NCBI GenBank assembly: GCA_964187785.1
Contig: OZ076409.1
Coordinates: 73,720,001-73,784,000, forward strand
Direction: 5' to 3'
Origin: Amphiscolops sp. MND2022
Taxonomy: Eukaryota
DNA length: 64,000 bases
The notes under the pieces are model-generated. The model was not told where the DNA came from and did no database searches. It worked only from the letters and a program-made list of their open reading frames with translations. Shown here in pieces: positions 18,185 through 30,223 of this stretch (position 1 is the first letter of the stretch; each line of letters begins with the position of its first letter). Both the position numbers and the translations under genes were made by a program.

Positions 18185-21100
18185 CGGTGTTTTCTTCACT
18201 TTTGAGGAAGTTGCGCGTGTGGGTAGGGCCCCTGGCGCGCTCCGTTGTCCCTGTGTTTACATCTTAGAAAATTTGAAAAAAAAATTGAGATCTCGAGAAC
18301 TCTCCTAACGATTTGGCTGAAATTTTGCATGCGGCTTCCTATAACAATTGTAAGAACTAATCCCTAGTGGCGTTTTGCCCGGAAAATTTTTTTGTTGACT
18401 TATTCACAATTTTAGGTCCGAAAAATGACGTTTTTTCGAAAAAATTTTTTTAAGAGCCCATATCTCGCTCCCAGTTGCCCGGAGCGATTCGTACGTGGAC
18501 GTGATATTGCTGGGCACTTCATCAGGAGTCCGTATACAAATTTTCGTCTAAATCGGATAAAAATTGACTAAGTAATAGCCGCAAAACGGACGCATTTTTC
18601 CGACATTTTTCGAAAACCTAGTCTATCTCTGCCGTTTTTTGCCCAGATTTTTTTTGAGACACTCTCCTAAAGACCTCCCCTGGCCGGTTTACCTCCCAGC
18701 AAAACCATTTGGCCCTAAATACGAAGTTTCAGCGTTCTAGCATTCCCGGGCGAAAAGTTGTGGGACTTAGAAAAAATTTTTGGAAACGCAAAATGTGTAA
18801 AGTCAACTTCAGGCCTCCCAAAGTCAAGAAACTTCCACACAACTAGGATTGCAAGTGAATGCATGTGGAAAGTACTCGGATAGACGAGAAAAATGAGCTA
18901 TAGAACGTCTCTGGTTCTTAATCTGACGTTGACTTATGGTGTTTTGAATGTGGGCTTGTGAAGGTGTCTAAAAGTAAAAAAATGGAAATCGAGTTATTCT
19001 ACAGCAAAAACTCCTTTAAATAGGCTAATTAGGTATAAGTAACGTGAAACACTGTCGTACGGAACGATTATGATTATAGGCGATACGGTTCGTTCAAAAA
19101 AATTGCCAACAATTTTGCTCTTTTTTCTTAGGTTTTTTTGTCTAGGATTTTTTTCTTTGGTTTTTTTGCTTAGGTTATAGGTGTAGGTTATAGGTTAGGC
19201 TTTTTGTAAGGCCCTGTTGGCTTTCCCTGTTCACAGCATAGTTTGTTTTTAGTGGCAGAAGAAGACGACGACGACCAAGCATACGAGTTTTTTCTCTTTT
19301 TTTGGTTTTCCTTGGGGTTAATGGCTATCCCGAAACCAGTGGCTCCTGCTCGAGGGCTTCTCGGGTGCTGGTTTCGTGTATGGGGTTTCCCCTCCCCAGT
19401 AGGTAACCTCTGCCCAAATTTTCAAACGTCCCTCGTAATTCGCATTTTGCCGGTGTCTTTTTTTTACGGGCGTTTCGTCGAAAAAGATAGAATTTTTCTC
19501 GGAACCGGCAAAATCGGAAAATCAATCACCAAAAATAAACGACGTCGAGAAATCAATCAGACTTATCGGGCGTCCAGTTGCTACAAAGAAGAAGTACAGA
19601 TTAACTATGCTTCAGTTTCAGGTGCCTGTCAATCGAGCTCAAGATGTCTTTTTTTGTAACTTATTAAATAGTCCATAAAGTTATTGAAAATAGGGAAATT
19701 TGTAAAGGTTAGTTTTTTTGAATATTGATAGAAATTTTTGATCATATGTACTAGTGCTTTTAAAAGCAACAGGATATATAAATATAAAGTAAACTAAATT
19801 GCAGTTTAACTGTTCTAATTTCCTTCAGTTTTAGTTTACAGATGAAGACTCGCCATAGCCATACGTAACGTTATCTGAATCGAATTCGCGGAGACTTTCA
19901 CATCTGCACATCGTTCGTACGGTCGTTATTGAGCATAAAATACGCTCATTGAAAAAATGTGTGATCGGCGTCGTTCAATTTCTACATGTAACTTACGTTC
20001 CCTATTATGAAGTCTTAATTTGTTACATATCTCTGCGGGATCTCTGCCATTATATAGTTTTGACCTATCTAAAAATGTTTAATGGTTTAACCCATCAAGC
20101 TATTGAACTATTTGGATGTTGGATGAACCTGTTTTTGATTCTGATCAAAGAGTCAATTTCTCGTCATATTATACGATTATGACACCAGATTTCTTCTCCA
20201 ATTTAAACAAAAAATTGAATGTTTGGTAGACTTTTGGAACCCGCAGAGAAAACAGTTCCAATGTAAAGGCTATGTTTATGAATCCTTTGTACCAGATGCA
20301 CTTGAGAATGAATTCTACCAATAAAAGACTTGAAACCTCTTGTACTGTATGTTTGATGTATGTTTATTTTATACTGAGAGTCAAGAAGGTCTTTAATTAT
20401 CGCGAGATATCGTTTCATTTTTTCTGTGAAATTCCTATCATTTATCGTTTTTCAGCAGTCAAACAAACCTTGATATTCTTTGATAATACGCTGCCTACAA
20501 AGTTTTAGCGATCGGCTCATTGTTTCTTTTGTCGGAGGTGCGTAAAAATGTAATGATACATCGTGTAAGCGATAACTTCATATTCCAACAATGTTTCAAC
20601 AAATCTCGTGATATACCTAGTAGTTCTCGATCATCACACTTTCAAAGCTATGATGTTTGAAACTGGTCGTTTTCGCTATCACCAGGATTTTTGAATTGCA
20701 GTTATTCTGAATTTTTTTAATACCTTCAAAATACTTCTTTTCTCGAAGCGTTTCGTGACAACTTATGTTTCAAACGTGTATCTGATTGTGCGAAACTTCA
20801 CCTTTTATTTATTTTTTCAGGGTTATGTCCACGAGAGGGCGCGGTCGTCCAACCCGCAACCGTGGAAGCCGAAAAACGTGTTCACGATGTAGCTCTTTCG
20901 TGCGCTCTGATTTAACTTTATGTTCACGATGCTCCTCAACAGATGTCCAGTTGCCGAACGGGAATGAAGATGAACCACATTCGTCCAATGTGGAAGAAAT
21001 ATCTGCAACGCAACAGTTTGTCACTTGTAGCCTTTGCAGCTCGAATGAACAAACTAATGGAAATCTTTGTGCTGATTGCAGTCCTTTTGTTTTACCAGAG

Positions 21101-24100
21101 TGTACTTCCGTTGAATGTCAGAAATGTCGACGAATCCCTTCCACACCACTGAAAACAGCAACAATCGGAGAAATTAAAGTTACACAATTTGGATGTCGTC
21201 TATCTAGAACAAGCCATGACTTAATCAACCTTTGTGACGAATGTTTCCATTTCTCCACTGGAGGATCATCTTGGAAAAATGCCTGGCCTGCTGTAATTTT
21301 GGACTTTTTAATTGGTAAGTTTAGTGGACTAGTCTCGAATAAACCTTTCCACAGTGTCTTACCTCAATCAATGTTGCAACAATACCAACATCTGCGTCAA
21401 AATATTGGTGATCCTGATAGAGTTTTCAACGATTTAACACCGAAACTGTCAACCTTCAAGAACCTAAAACAATCTCTGAAAGTTGAAGATGTCAAAGCGG
21501 CCCATAACACATTTTGTTTCCCGGAAGTAAGATGTCCTTTTGGGTGTTCTGAGTTTGTTGGTCAAACAGGCACTGTGCCTTTCCATTACTTTTTAAACAA
21601 GTTGGACCCCAATTTCAAATTCAAAGTAACAAATTGGAAACTCCGTCTCAGATGCGTTCGCCCAGATTGGCTAACAAGCTACATTCACAATGACATGTTC
21701 ATTATCAAACCGCATGTCGTTATTGACAATGTGAAAGGATTATGTATAGCAACATGCAGTTTCCATAACGGTGGATCCAACAAGCTATTCGTACATCCGC
21801 CATGTAACCCGACCGGTAGACTGCCATCCAGAAATTCTGATCGTTTGGGACCAGCGACAATTACTTACAACTCATACAAACCTGCTAAGCCAAATTACTC
21901 AAGTCATACGTATTCCATGGGCGTAGCAAAAGGAGGCTTCACAGGGATTAGTTCAACAACAATAGGATGTAAACGGAAATGGGACATTGCTTTTGGAATG
22001 AAAGAAGTGTCCAGAGAGTCTTTGTGCTGCAATAATCGATCAGACATCAAACCTCTTCTACAGAAACTAGTTAAACAAGGTGAATTGTCACAAAATCTTT
22101 GCGACAGTATATCATCAGCGGACGCCATGCCTGAATGTCATGAAATTTCAAACTGCCTCAGAAATACAACATCTGTTCCTTTGGAATCTTCTCTTGCGGT
22201 GAAAAAACTACAAGAAAGTGGTATCGAAGTGAAGTATTTCCCTATTTTTGCACACCCCTTCAACAATTACGGATGTGATCCTCCCGAATTGGCTATTGTT
22301 AATTGTGAAAGACTGTACTTGTGGAACTTTTTTGTCATGTTTGCTTTGAGTTCTTCATTCCATTCTTCGTTACTGGAATCTACTGTTCAACAAAGTAAAG
22401 AATTGGCGAAAACATTTCACCAAATGTTTTGTGAACCGGGAAAGTCGAGTTCCAAGAAACAAAAAGAAGATTTGACACGGTCTCTAGAATCCTTATCCTC
22501 GAATGCTTCCGGTGACTTCCATAGAGATATCACACAACTTTTAACGAGTATAACTTTTTGTGACATTGTTAGTGTCAATGCTCGGGACGACGTGAATTCA
22601 CTCTTGACGAACAACAATTACAAGAACATTGTGATCTTCACGTCCAACTCCAGAACAGGGACACACACTTCATATTTGCCAGATCGAGTATCAAGTCCTA
22701 ATGGAAACGTCACTTATGAACTGAGATCAATTGCGATAAAAGACGGCAATACAATCAAAACTGTAGTGAGACATGGCAAACAATACAATTGTTGGTGGAC
22801 TTATTCGAGTAACAGTTATCAACCTTTACAAATCAACGTTGACGACGTCACATTAATGGGTCAAATACATTCCAATTGGATTACTTGTCACTTTGAACAT
22901 GTTGATTCGCTCAAGTTGCGTGAAGAGAAATTCCGCTATCTGGAGTACTTGGGAGGACAAGGTAAATTCATATGTAACCAACATCAAATTCCTTTAACTG
23001 TCAGCAGCAAAAAATCAAACTGCACCTGTTCTATTCTTGCCAACTGTCTCAGAAAAGCCGCATGGCAGTGTCCGTCCTCAGACTGTACGTCTGGAGTTTG
23101 TCGTTCACATTTCAAAAGTGACACTCAGTCGGAAAGAGTTTTCGTTCATCCAACTTGCAACACCATAATGGCGGACAGTGTCCCACGTGTAGAAACAACA
23201 GAAGATCCCGAGCAATTGGTCGAACTATCAGATACCGAGTCAGAATACGATGAGTTTTCTTTTGTGCATTTTGCTACAGACTCTGGTGGAATTGACAACT
23301 CAGAATCTTTGAACGCAACCGATTCTGGAGATATACCATATGTTCATGAGTCACTTCAAAGTAATGTTCCCACACACATTCTGTTGAACACCGATTGCCA
23401 TGTTCTTCAAAGGCATAGGTACCGAAACGAACGAAACAAAAGTTGTTCCCGAATTTTGCAAAATATAGTGGCATCTACCCCAGGTGATTCAATTCCTCTT
23501 ATCTACCCTGAGGCAACAGTTTTCCCCACGCAGTATTTCCACGAACAGGAGGACGGTACAATCACTGGCGCAGTACCATCATCACTTTACAATGACAAAC
23601 AAACCAAACGATTCCACTTCGCAGAAATAGAGGACCACAAAAGAACTTCTTTGCTAAATCCAAATTTACTGCAGTCAACAGATGTGAGAAGCATACAAAC
23701 GTCTTTCGACACTGTGTTTAACAAGCGCCTCACTTTTGCTGATACCAGATTGGTTCTTAACCGTGGCTTCCAGGAAGTGAACTCCAAAATGAGCAAGACT
23801 ATATCTCCAGACAACACAAGATTGCAGTTCGATAAAGCGGACTCTAGAGTGCGTGTCAACGAATTGGCGTCCCTCCTGTCAGAAGAGCCTGCAACTTTTT
23901 TCCTGACTCTCACGTGCAATCAAAAAGAGCACTTTGGAGTTGGCCCAATTTTTGACGCATTGGAGGAAAAGTATGACAGAAACAATACTGAAGAATGGTA
24001 TGGTGCCGTACAAGCTGAAATTGTCCTTTTAACAAGAGCATGGTATCGATCAGCCGAAGCTCTAATGGAATACATTGAAAAATCGCCAGATAAACCCCTC

Positions 24101-27100
24101 GGGACTGTAACAAAGTTGTGGTACAGATATGAATTTCAGTCAACTAATGGTAACTTGCCACACATTCACGCCGTTATTTGGACAAGAGAGAGCATTGACG
24201 AATTAAAATACAAAGTTTCTTATTCTGGTTCATCTGCTTTATTTGAATTGAAGAAACTCGCAAACGAGACAGAACTCATACAAACAAATGACGTAATGGA
24301 GATTTGGAATGACCTGATGACAGTTCAAACGCATTCATGTGAAAAAGCTGGTTTTCGATGTCATAAAGTCACCAAAGAAGATGGATCCACCATATGCAGA
24401 GTACCACGATACCCTTTCAGTTCTGAATACAAATGGAGAAAAGTTCCTTCTTGTCACTCTGAAGAAGCTCTTGAAAAACTGTTTTTTCTAGACTTGGCCG
24501 TGCCCTCACAAAGTCGTGACAACACTTACGATATAACAAACTTGCTCCAAGGCGGGAAGCATGAGTATCCTGCATCCACCAATGAACACTTGTCGCCTTT
24601 CAACACTCTCTTGTTTCTGCTGACAAAATCTTCCCAGAATCTGCAGTTGTGTGATGAGTATTTATCTGCTCGATACATCGCCAAATATGCTGCAGGAATA
24701 GAAGAAAGAGCAGATGCCCATGTAGATCCCATTACTTTCAAGGACATCAAAGTACAGACGAACGGCATTAAAAATATCAAAATATCGGGATCTAAACTTA
24801 GAAGTAACATAACAGAAAGAAAAACACTGGTTCAAATAATACCTCTTGTAGAATCAATCTGGTGGCTATTAGAGTTTAATTACGTGTACAGCTCCGTTAC
24901 ATTTGTGCACATGAATACCCACGAAAAATCGGAACGAGCATCAATTGTGAAGAACACTTCCCGGAATCAAACAACTGTATCTTTGCCACTTCATGTTACA
25001 AAACTTTCTACTTTTCCACCTCATCGGAATTATACCCAGTCACAATTGCTCTTACTGGAAGATCATTTGGCCAGCGACTATACGACTTGCAAAATGTCCA
25101 TTTTCAGTGGCAGACCTCCTGCACTACTTTTTGTTGACAACCCTAAACTATATTTCACATGGTTTCAACGTAAACAGCTCAAAAATCCTGAAACCAAAAT
25201 TAAAGAAAATGCCAACTCCTCAATGTGGATTGACATATTTGGATTTGCAGTGTATTTGCGCAGATACTATTTGGATTCATTCAGGGACTATATACAGAAA
25301 TGCAGATCAGAAGGACATGCAAACTTGACACGCTTCGAACAGGATTCAACTTTGACTTTTTTGCAGACTGACACTCATGGACTAAAAACAATAGAAGATA
25401 GACCTGTTCAGGTGGTAACATCAAATATTTTACCAATCAGCCCCCAGAAGTTTCTCATTCATTACGTACTCTCCTACGGTCGATTTGAAACGGAAATTGA
25501 TCTCTTCAACAATGCCAGCATGATTGATGTTTTCCAACACTGCAAACTGCTTCTAAGAAAGAGCTCCTACACTCAACAAGACGCGTTACCACTGATTAGA
25601 AACTACGTTTTGGATGAACTGAAATATCTTCCCGGTGCCAGTCGCTCCTTTGACCGCCATCTGTTAGCCAGTTTTGAGTTATTCACAAATCTTGTTACAA
25701 ACAATCAAATTTATACAGAAGCACTGCCTTCCGTTTTACATACCGCAATTCACGAGAATGCATCACACGCCTACAATGTTTTCAACGCTCAGAAGAAGGA
25801 GAGATGTGTCCAGGCATGTCTTTTAAATCCACCATTGGCACCGTTACAACCATACCAGACACAGCTTCTGAATGCCACTCGCAGAAATCCTTTTCTTTTC
25901 GATTACCCGTTTCCTCGAGCGGAGGGTCAATCAGAAGATTCCTACATGTTTCAACAGCAAGTTTTTGATGTTTGCTCTGAAAGATTGGACACTTATGTTA
26001 ATGGAAGTCAAGGATTCGTCAAGCATCAAATGTTTTTGGGACGTCCCGGAAGCGGAAAAACGCTGGTGTGCACGATGCTTTTCATTAAAGCCGTTTCAAA
26101 AGGCTTAAATTGCTCAATAACGTGTTTGAGTGGTGAACGTGCCCAGCAACTTGGAGGGGAACACATTCACAAAATGTTCAAGTTCAAAGTCAACCACTCT
26201 TTAGTTCCCGAAGTGATGGCGAGTCAAAGTGTGAAGTGTTTATTAAGGGATGTCACAAGATTCACCGATTTAGAAAGATTAGAAGTACTGTTCATAGACG
26301 AAGTAGGCCAATTAAACGCGGAGTTGCTGTGTGCCATGGAACTTGTATTGCAGAATGTCCGTGACAACAAGCTACCTATGGGCGGTGTACTAACACTTTT
26401 CACCGGAGATCCAAAGCAATTGAAACCACCGGATGGATCCCTGGTTTGGTTGTCACCAAAAATGCTAACCAACTTCGAGTTTCATTATTTCTTACACTAC
26501 GTCAGAGCAGTTCCTGGCCTCTTAAGAGAGATTTTGAGCAAATTGGATGAAACCAATATTGGTGAGACTGAGGCTGCCGCTTTAGCAAGAATAATTATAT
26601 CCAATTGCGTTATCAAAGCTAATTGGGATGACGAAAATAACACCTTCGCAATGAGAGTATTCAGCACCCGAGCAGCAGAAAAAACAGCAGTCGCACAACA
26701 CAGTGAAAGAATTTTGAATGACGTTAACTGTCCATCCATCATATTTGCAGCTCAGGATGAACAAAGTTCAACTGGATCATCCATATGGTTACCAGCTTCC
26801 AGTCAAAATACGACATTCATAGACAATCATACAATCACTCCCCAAAGGCTTTTGCTTTACAGAGGAGCACTTTTGAGATTCACAGCCAATGTTCCAACCA
26901 TAAATGCCAGACAGGGTCAGTTGTGTCTCCTTCTGCAATTTCCTGATTCTACAGCAACAACTTTGAATGTTTTGATTGCACCACCTGGATGCCGTGCTGC
27001 TACTTCTACGGACGAAACCTGTTTGCTAGCTTCTGGTTGGCAGAAAGTTAAGGTATCAAAAGTATTCACACCCGTCATAACAAACAAAAGTACCTTTCTG

Positions 27101-30100
27101 CGCAGATACTCTTTTCCCTTGAAAAATTACGTCGCCTCCACGATTCACAAGTGTTTGGGAGATACCTTCCCTAAAATTGTATCGAAGGTTTCGCTTAATG
27201 AATCCAGTTACAAAATTTGGGAAAAGGAGCAACTGTTGGTTCTCCTCAGTCGGGTAAGCAAGCTAGAGGACATTACCTTCATTGGAACTGAATCTGATCT
27301 TCTAGCAACCTTGACTGCCGTCATACAAAAGGAATCTTGTTGGAGCCACTTCATCAACAGTCTACTTCTAACACTCGCTTCACCTACTACGACTCACACT
27401 TCGACTTTTAATGTGCTGACTACAAACTTTCAACCTTGGAACATCGTTCTGCCTGATGATAACACTGGTTTCGTCTACATTCTAGTTAGCACGAAAATTA
27501 CCAACGTATTTTACATTGGGGAAACAGTTTGTCTACGGCGAAGACTACGCGAACATAACTCTGGCCAAGGAGCGGAATCAACACGACCCATAGAAAGAAG
27601 GCCATGGGCTGTTCTAGCATTTGTGACTGGGTTTTGCACAACAAACATGTTAACTAACATGCGACAGCGAAAAGAACTTGAGAGAACTCTGAATTACCAA
27701 GCATCGCTGATAGGACCGAACATTGCAGTGCCAAGCATTTTCCGTGTGATACAAGATTGCGTAGTATCGTACTCATCCGCCAATGAACTTAATCTGAAAG
27801 TTATCCAATGTGGTAATATTTAAATATATTTCTGCGCTTGCCCGGATCGCGCAGTGATCCAAGGGCAAGCGTCTAGATACTCATTACAATTTGCTCATGT
27901 TGCCCTCTTTTGTTATCTTCATGTAAAACTGTTGCTTTGAATTGTTGCTATTGTAAAACCATTAAACTTTAACTTACAGCTCCATATCCTCAACTTCGTC
28001 GACAGATTTTTTCTTTGAATTACTACTTGAAAGCTCCTTCAATTACTACCTTTTCATATATTGGTTATTTCACAATCTCTTTTCGTCATTCGAAGTTCCA
28101 GTGTCTTTATTTAACGAATTTTGCTCAACAAACTGCTGATGGGCCTTTTACTTCGAAATTGTTCGGCAATTCGCTATTTTATCACACATGTTATCATCGC
28201 ACTCCTCTTCTCAACACGCTGACATTGATGGGGCTGGTGTCTGACCCGCAAGGGTGGTAACAGTGCCAATACCTCACTTTGTTTTGCCCAGAGAAGCTTC
28301 AATTTTTTGCCGATCCCTCGTAAAGCTTTTGTTTCCCCCATAATGTCTGTTTCCAGTCCACGCTTTACATTGTTTATGCTAACTCTGCATTGACTTGCAT
28401 CATCTGGAATGAAGAAATCTGAATATAGTACATGGTTCAAACTTAACTCGAATAAATCTCAAAAAAAATTGAGGTTTTTTCTCATAAATTCACAGGATTT
28501 TTCTTGATAAAATCTCTTTTACAAAATAAAAGAATCTAAAATGTTATAATTAACCCTAAAAAATATCTAATTTGCTTGAAGATTTGAGTTTTATTATTTG
28601 AGGATTTAGGAGTTTTTCTCGTATTTTATTCAAAAGATAGTCATCAGTAATTAAAGTTATGATCGATTTCTCTAAACATGTTTTAACTTTTTTATGAAGA
28701 AAGTGACAGTGAATATATGTAGAGTTAGTTTCATCTCTTTGGTCAACACGGGATTATTATCAGTCATTTTGAATCATAATTTATTTTGTTATCAGTAACA
28801 ATTTTGAATTAGACTTCTCCATTACGATTCAGCCTAAAATAGGCGTTATATGAAAAGTTCAGTAGGTAAGTTTTTTGTTTAATTATTAAAGTTGGATGAC
28901 AGTTTCGTTCTTTATCATCAAAAAACAAATTGCTGCAACAGTGTTTGCAATAAAAGTTATTGGGGACAGGTCAAAACATTTTTACTTTCTTTGTTTGAAC
29001 CATAGAACGATCAGCTAAAGTGTTTCCTGTTGGAAAAGGAAAACCGTCAATCGGGACACAGTTAAACGATGTTTCCTGTTCGTCCGACTTCACTTACCCT
29101 CCGCCAAACGCTCAAGTATTCGAATGTTTGCATGGAAACTTTTTGTTCATAATGGATACTGCTTTCAAGTATCGATTATTGATGACAAATTGACTTTTTG
29201 ATGAAGGGACTTTTTGATGAAAATGAATAAAAGAAAAAACATTGAGCGATCATGCTTCAACTCACTTGTCATTTCTGTCATCCATATCACACAATTCAAG
29301 CACTTCCTTCATTGGTCGCACCCATGATACTCCAATCAAAAAACCAGTTTTTTAAATTGATAATATGTTCAAACAGTGTCGGACGCAAAGAGAGTCGAAA
29401 ATAAGTTTTTTGAACTGGCCATTTTTCATAATTCTTTGCAAACGATTCTATTACAGCTTTATTCTCCCTAGCTTCATTCGTCAACATTTATCTCTAGAAG
29501 TGATGAACTCACGCGCATAACTAGTATCAGACCTGCCTTCAATACCGATATGTCCGTCTTGCAGCTACTGTTGCTTCCTTTTGAACTTCATCTTTGAATA
29601 AAGAACTGTTGTACATAACTCTTCATTGCATCCTGAAAATGACTCCAGCTGAAACAAGTTAAACTTTTATTTTCTTTGTTGCTCGCATTGTAAATAATAT
29701 AAACAATTCGGTCATATGGTTTGAACAGATTAAAAAAAAAAAGAGCATTGCACCTATTGCAATGAACGCGGACATAAATACAAATTGAAGATTGAATTTT
29801 TCAAACCTCTGTTTTTAGCCATTCAAGTTGAAACTAGGAAATTAGATAAAGTAGGCTAAAGGCTAGTGTACAAAGTGTTAGTTCGTCTTTTTAGAGCCGT
29901 GAATCAGTTATAAATGCGCTCAAACTCTTTCTGTAAAACATAATGGAAACATAAAAATCTAAACAAGTGCTTAGCAACATAACTGTTCTTACTTTAATCA
30001 TTTATGGAATTATTTTTTTTCCATTGCGTAGGAGAATCAATCAGTTACGTTATGTTCGAAATTGACGTCCCCATCTATTGCAACTAGAACGTCAGCTGCT

Positions 30101-30223
30101 ATATGTGCATCAAGCCGACGTGCCAAACCATTTATCAACGCCCACCGTCCGTGGGCATGCCGAGGCATGCCCTTCGACGACGTATGCCAAATACCTTAAA
30201 ACCGACGCGCACTCTTTCGCTAG
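18185..30223 (+). mobile_element. Element B: second, divergent Helitron-like element, ~12 kb
   Basis: Head matches unit 37153 but lacks the junction; shared core to ~18940; large Rep-helicase-GIY-YIG ORF; tail palindrome 30153-30172 and CTAG 30220-30223. Confidence 0.8.
20825..27823 (+). CDS. Helitron-like Rep/helicase transposase with C-terminal GIY-YIG nuclease, ~2332 aa
   Basis: PATFFLTLTCN, RYEFQSTNGNLPHIHAVIW, RYIAKYAAG; GRPGSGKT, VLFIDEVG, PMGGVLTLFTGDPKQL, STIHKCLGDT, VLLSRV; GFVYIL..FYIGET..RRRLREHNSGQGA..RPW. ATG 20825 (MSTRGRGR, compare MPRGRGRGR) follows an acceptor ending at 20820. Confidence 0.9.
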   Translation: MSTRGRGRPTRNRGSRKTCSRCSSFVRSDLTLCSRCSSTDVQLPNGNEDEPHSSNVEEISATQQFVTCSLCSSNEQTNGNLCADCSPFVLPECTSVECQKCRRIPSTPLKTATIGEIKVTQFGCRLSRTSHDLINLCDECFHFSTGGSSWKNAWPAVILDFLIGKFSGLVSNKPFHSVLPQSMLQQYQHLRQNIGDPDRVFNDLTPKLSTFKNLKQSLKVEDVKAAHNTFCFPEVRCPFGCSEFVGQTGTVPFHYFLNKLDPNFKFKVTNWKLRLRCVRPDWLTSYIHNDMFIIKPHVVIDNVKGLCIATCSFHNGGSNKLFVHPPCNPTGRLPSRNSDRLGPATITYNSYKPAKPNYSSHTYSMGVAKGGFTGISSTTIGCKRKWDIAFGMKEVSRESLCCNNRSDIKPLLQKLVKQGELSQNLCDSISSADAMPECHEISNCLRNTTSVPLESSLAVKKLQESGIEVKYFPIFAHPFNNYGCDPPELAIVNCERLYLWNFFVMFALSSSFHSSLLESTVQQSKELAKTFHQMFCEPGKSSSKKQKEDLTRSLESLSSNASGDFHRDITQLLTSITFCDIVSVNARDDVNSLLTNNNYKNIVIFTSNSRTGTHTSYLPDRVSSPNGNVTYELRSIAIKDGNTIKTVVRHGKQYNCWWTYSSNSYQPLQINVDDVTLMGQIHSNWITCHFEHVDSLKLREEKFRYLEYLGGQGKFICNQHQIPLTVSSKKSNCTCSILANCLRKAAWQCPSSDCTSGVCRSHFKSDTQSERVFVHPTCNTIMADSVPRVETTEDPEQLVELSDTESEYDEFSFVHFATDSGGIDNSESLNATDSGDIPYVHESLQSNVPTHILLNTDCHVLQRHRYRNERNKSCSRILQNIVASTPGDSIPLIYPEATVFPTQYFHEQEDGTITGAVPSSLYNDKQTKRFHFAEIEDHKRTSLLNPNLLQSTDVRSIQTSFDTVFNKRLTFADTRLVLNRGFQEVNSKMSKTISPDNTRLQFDKADSRVRVNELASLLSEEPATFFLTLTCNQKEHFGVGPIFDALEEKYDRNNTEEWYGAVQAEIVLLTRAWYRSAEALMEYIEKSPDKPLGTVTKLWYRYEFQSTNGNLPHIHAVIWTRESIDELKYKVSYSGSSALFELKKLANETELIQTNDVMEIWNDLMTVQTHSCEKAGFRCHKVTKEDGSTICRVPRYPFSSEYKWRKVPSCHSEEALEKLFFLDLAVPSQSRDNTYDITNLLQGGKHEYPASTNEHLSPFNTLLFLLTKSSQNLQLCDEYLSARYIAKYAAGIEERADAHVDPITFKDIKVQTNGIKNIKISGSKLRSNITERKTLVQIIPLVESIWWLLEFNYVYSSVTFVHMNTHEKSERASIVKNTSRNQTTVSLPLHVTKLSTFPPHRNYTQSQLLLLEDHLASDYTTCKMSIFSGRPPALLFVDNPKLYFTWFQRKQLKNPETKIKENANSSMWIDIFGFAVYLRRYYLDSFRDYIQKCRSEGHANLTRFEQDSTLTFLQTDTHGLKTIEDRPVQVVTSNILPISPQKFLIHYVLSYGRFETEIDLFNNASMIDVFQHCKLLLRKSSYTQQDALPLIRNYVLDELKYLPGASRSFDRHLLASFELFTNLVTNNQIYTEALPSVLHTAIHENASHAYNVFNAQKKERCVQACLLNPPLAPLQPYQTQLLNATRRNPFLFDYPFPRAEGQSEDSYMFQQQVFDVCSERLDTYVNGSQGFVKHQMFLGRPGSGKTLVCTMLFIKAVSKGLNCSITCLSGERAQQLGGEHIHKMFKFKVNHSLVPEVMASQSVKCLLRDVTRFTDLERLEVLFIDEVGQLNAELLCAMELVLQNVRDNKLPMGGVLTLFTGDPKQLKPPDGSLVWLSPKMLTNFEFHYFLHYVRAVPGLLREILSKLDETNIGETEAAALARIIISNCVIKANWDDENNTFAMRVFSTRAAEKTAVAQHSERILNDVNCPSIIFAAQDEQSSTGSSIWLPASSQNTTFIDNHTITPQRLLLYRGALLRFTANVPTINARQGQLCLLLQFPDSTATTLNVLIAPPGCRAATSTDETCLLASGWQKVKVSKVFTPVITNKSTFLRRYSFPLKNYVASTIHKCLGDTFPKIVSKVSLNESSYKIWEKEQLLVLLSRVSKLEDITFIGTESDLLATLTAVIQKESCWSHFINSLLLTLASPTTTHTSTFNVLTTNFQPWNIVLPDDNTGFVYILVSTKITNVFYIGETVCLRRRLREHNSGQGAESTRPIERRPWAVLAFVTGFCTTNMLTNMRQRKELERTLNYQASLIGPNIAVPSIFRVIQDCVVSYSSANELNLKVIQCGNI

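Noticed and set aside
4403..26764. Short antisense and alternate-frame ORFs overlapping the large genes
   Set aside because: Shadow ORFs without motifs, not conserved between A and B.
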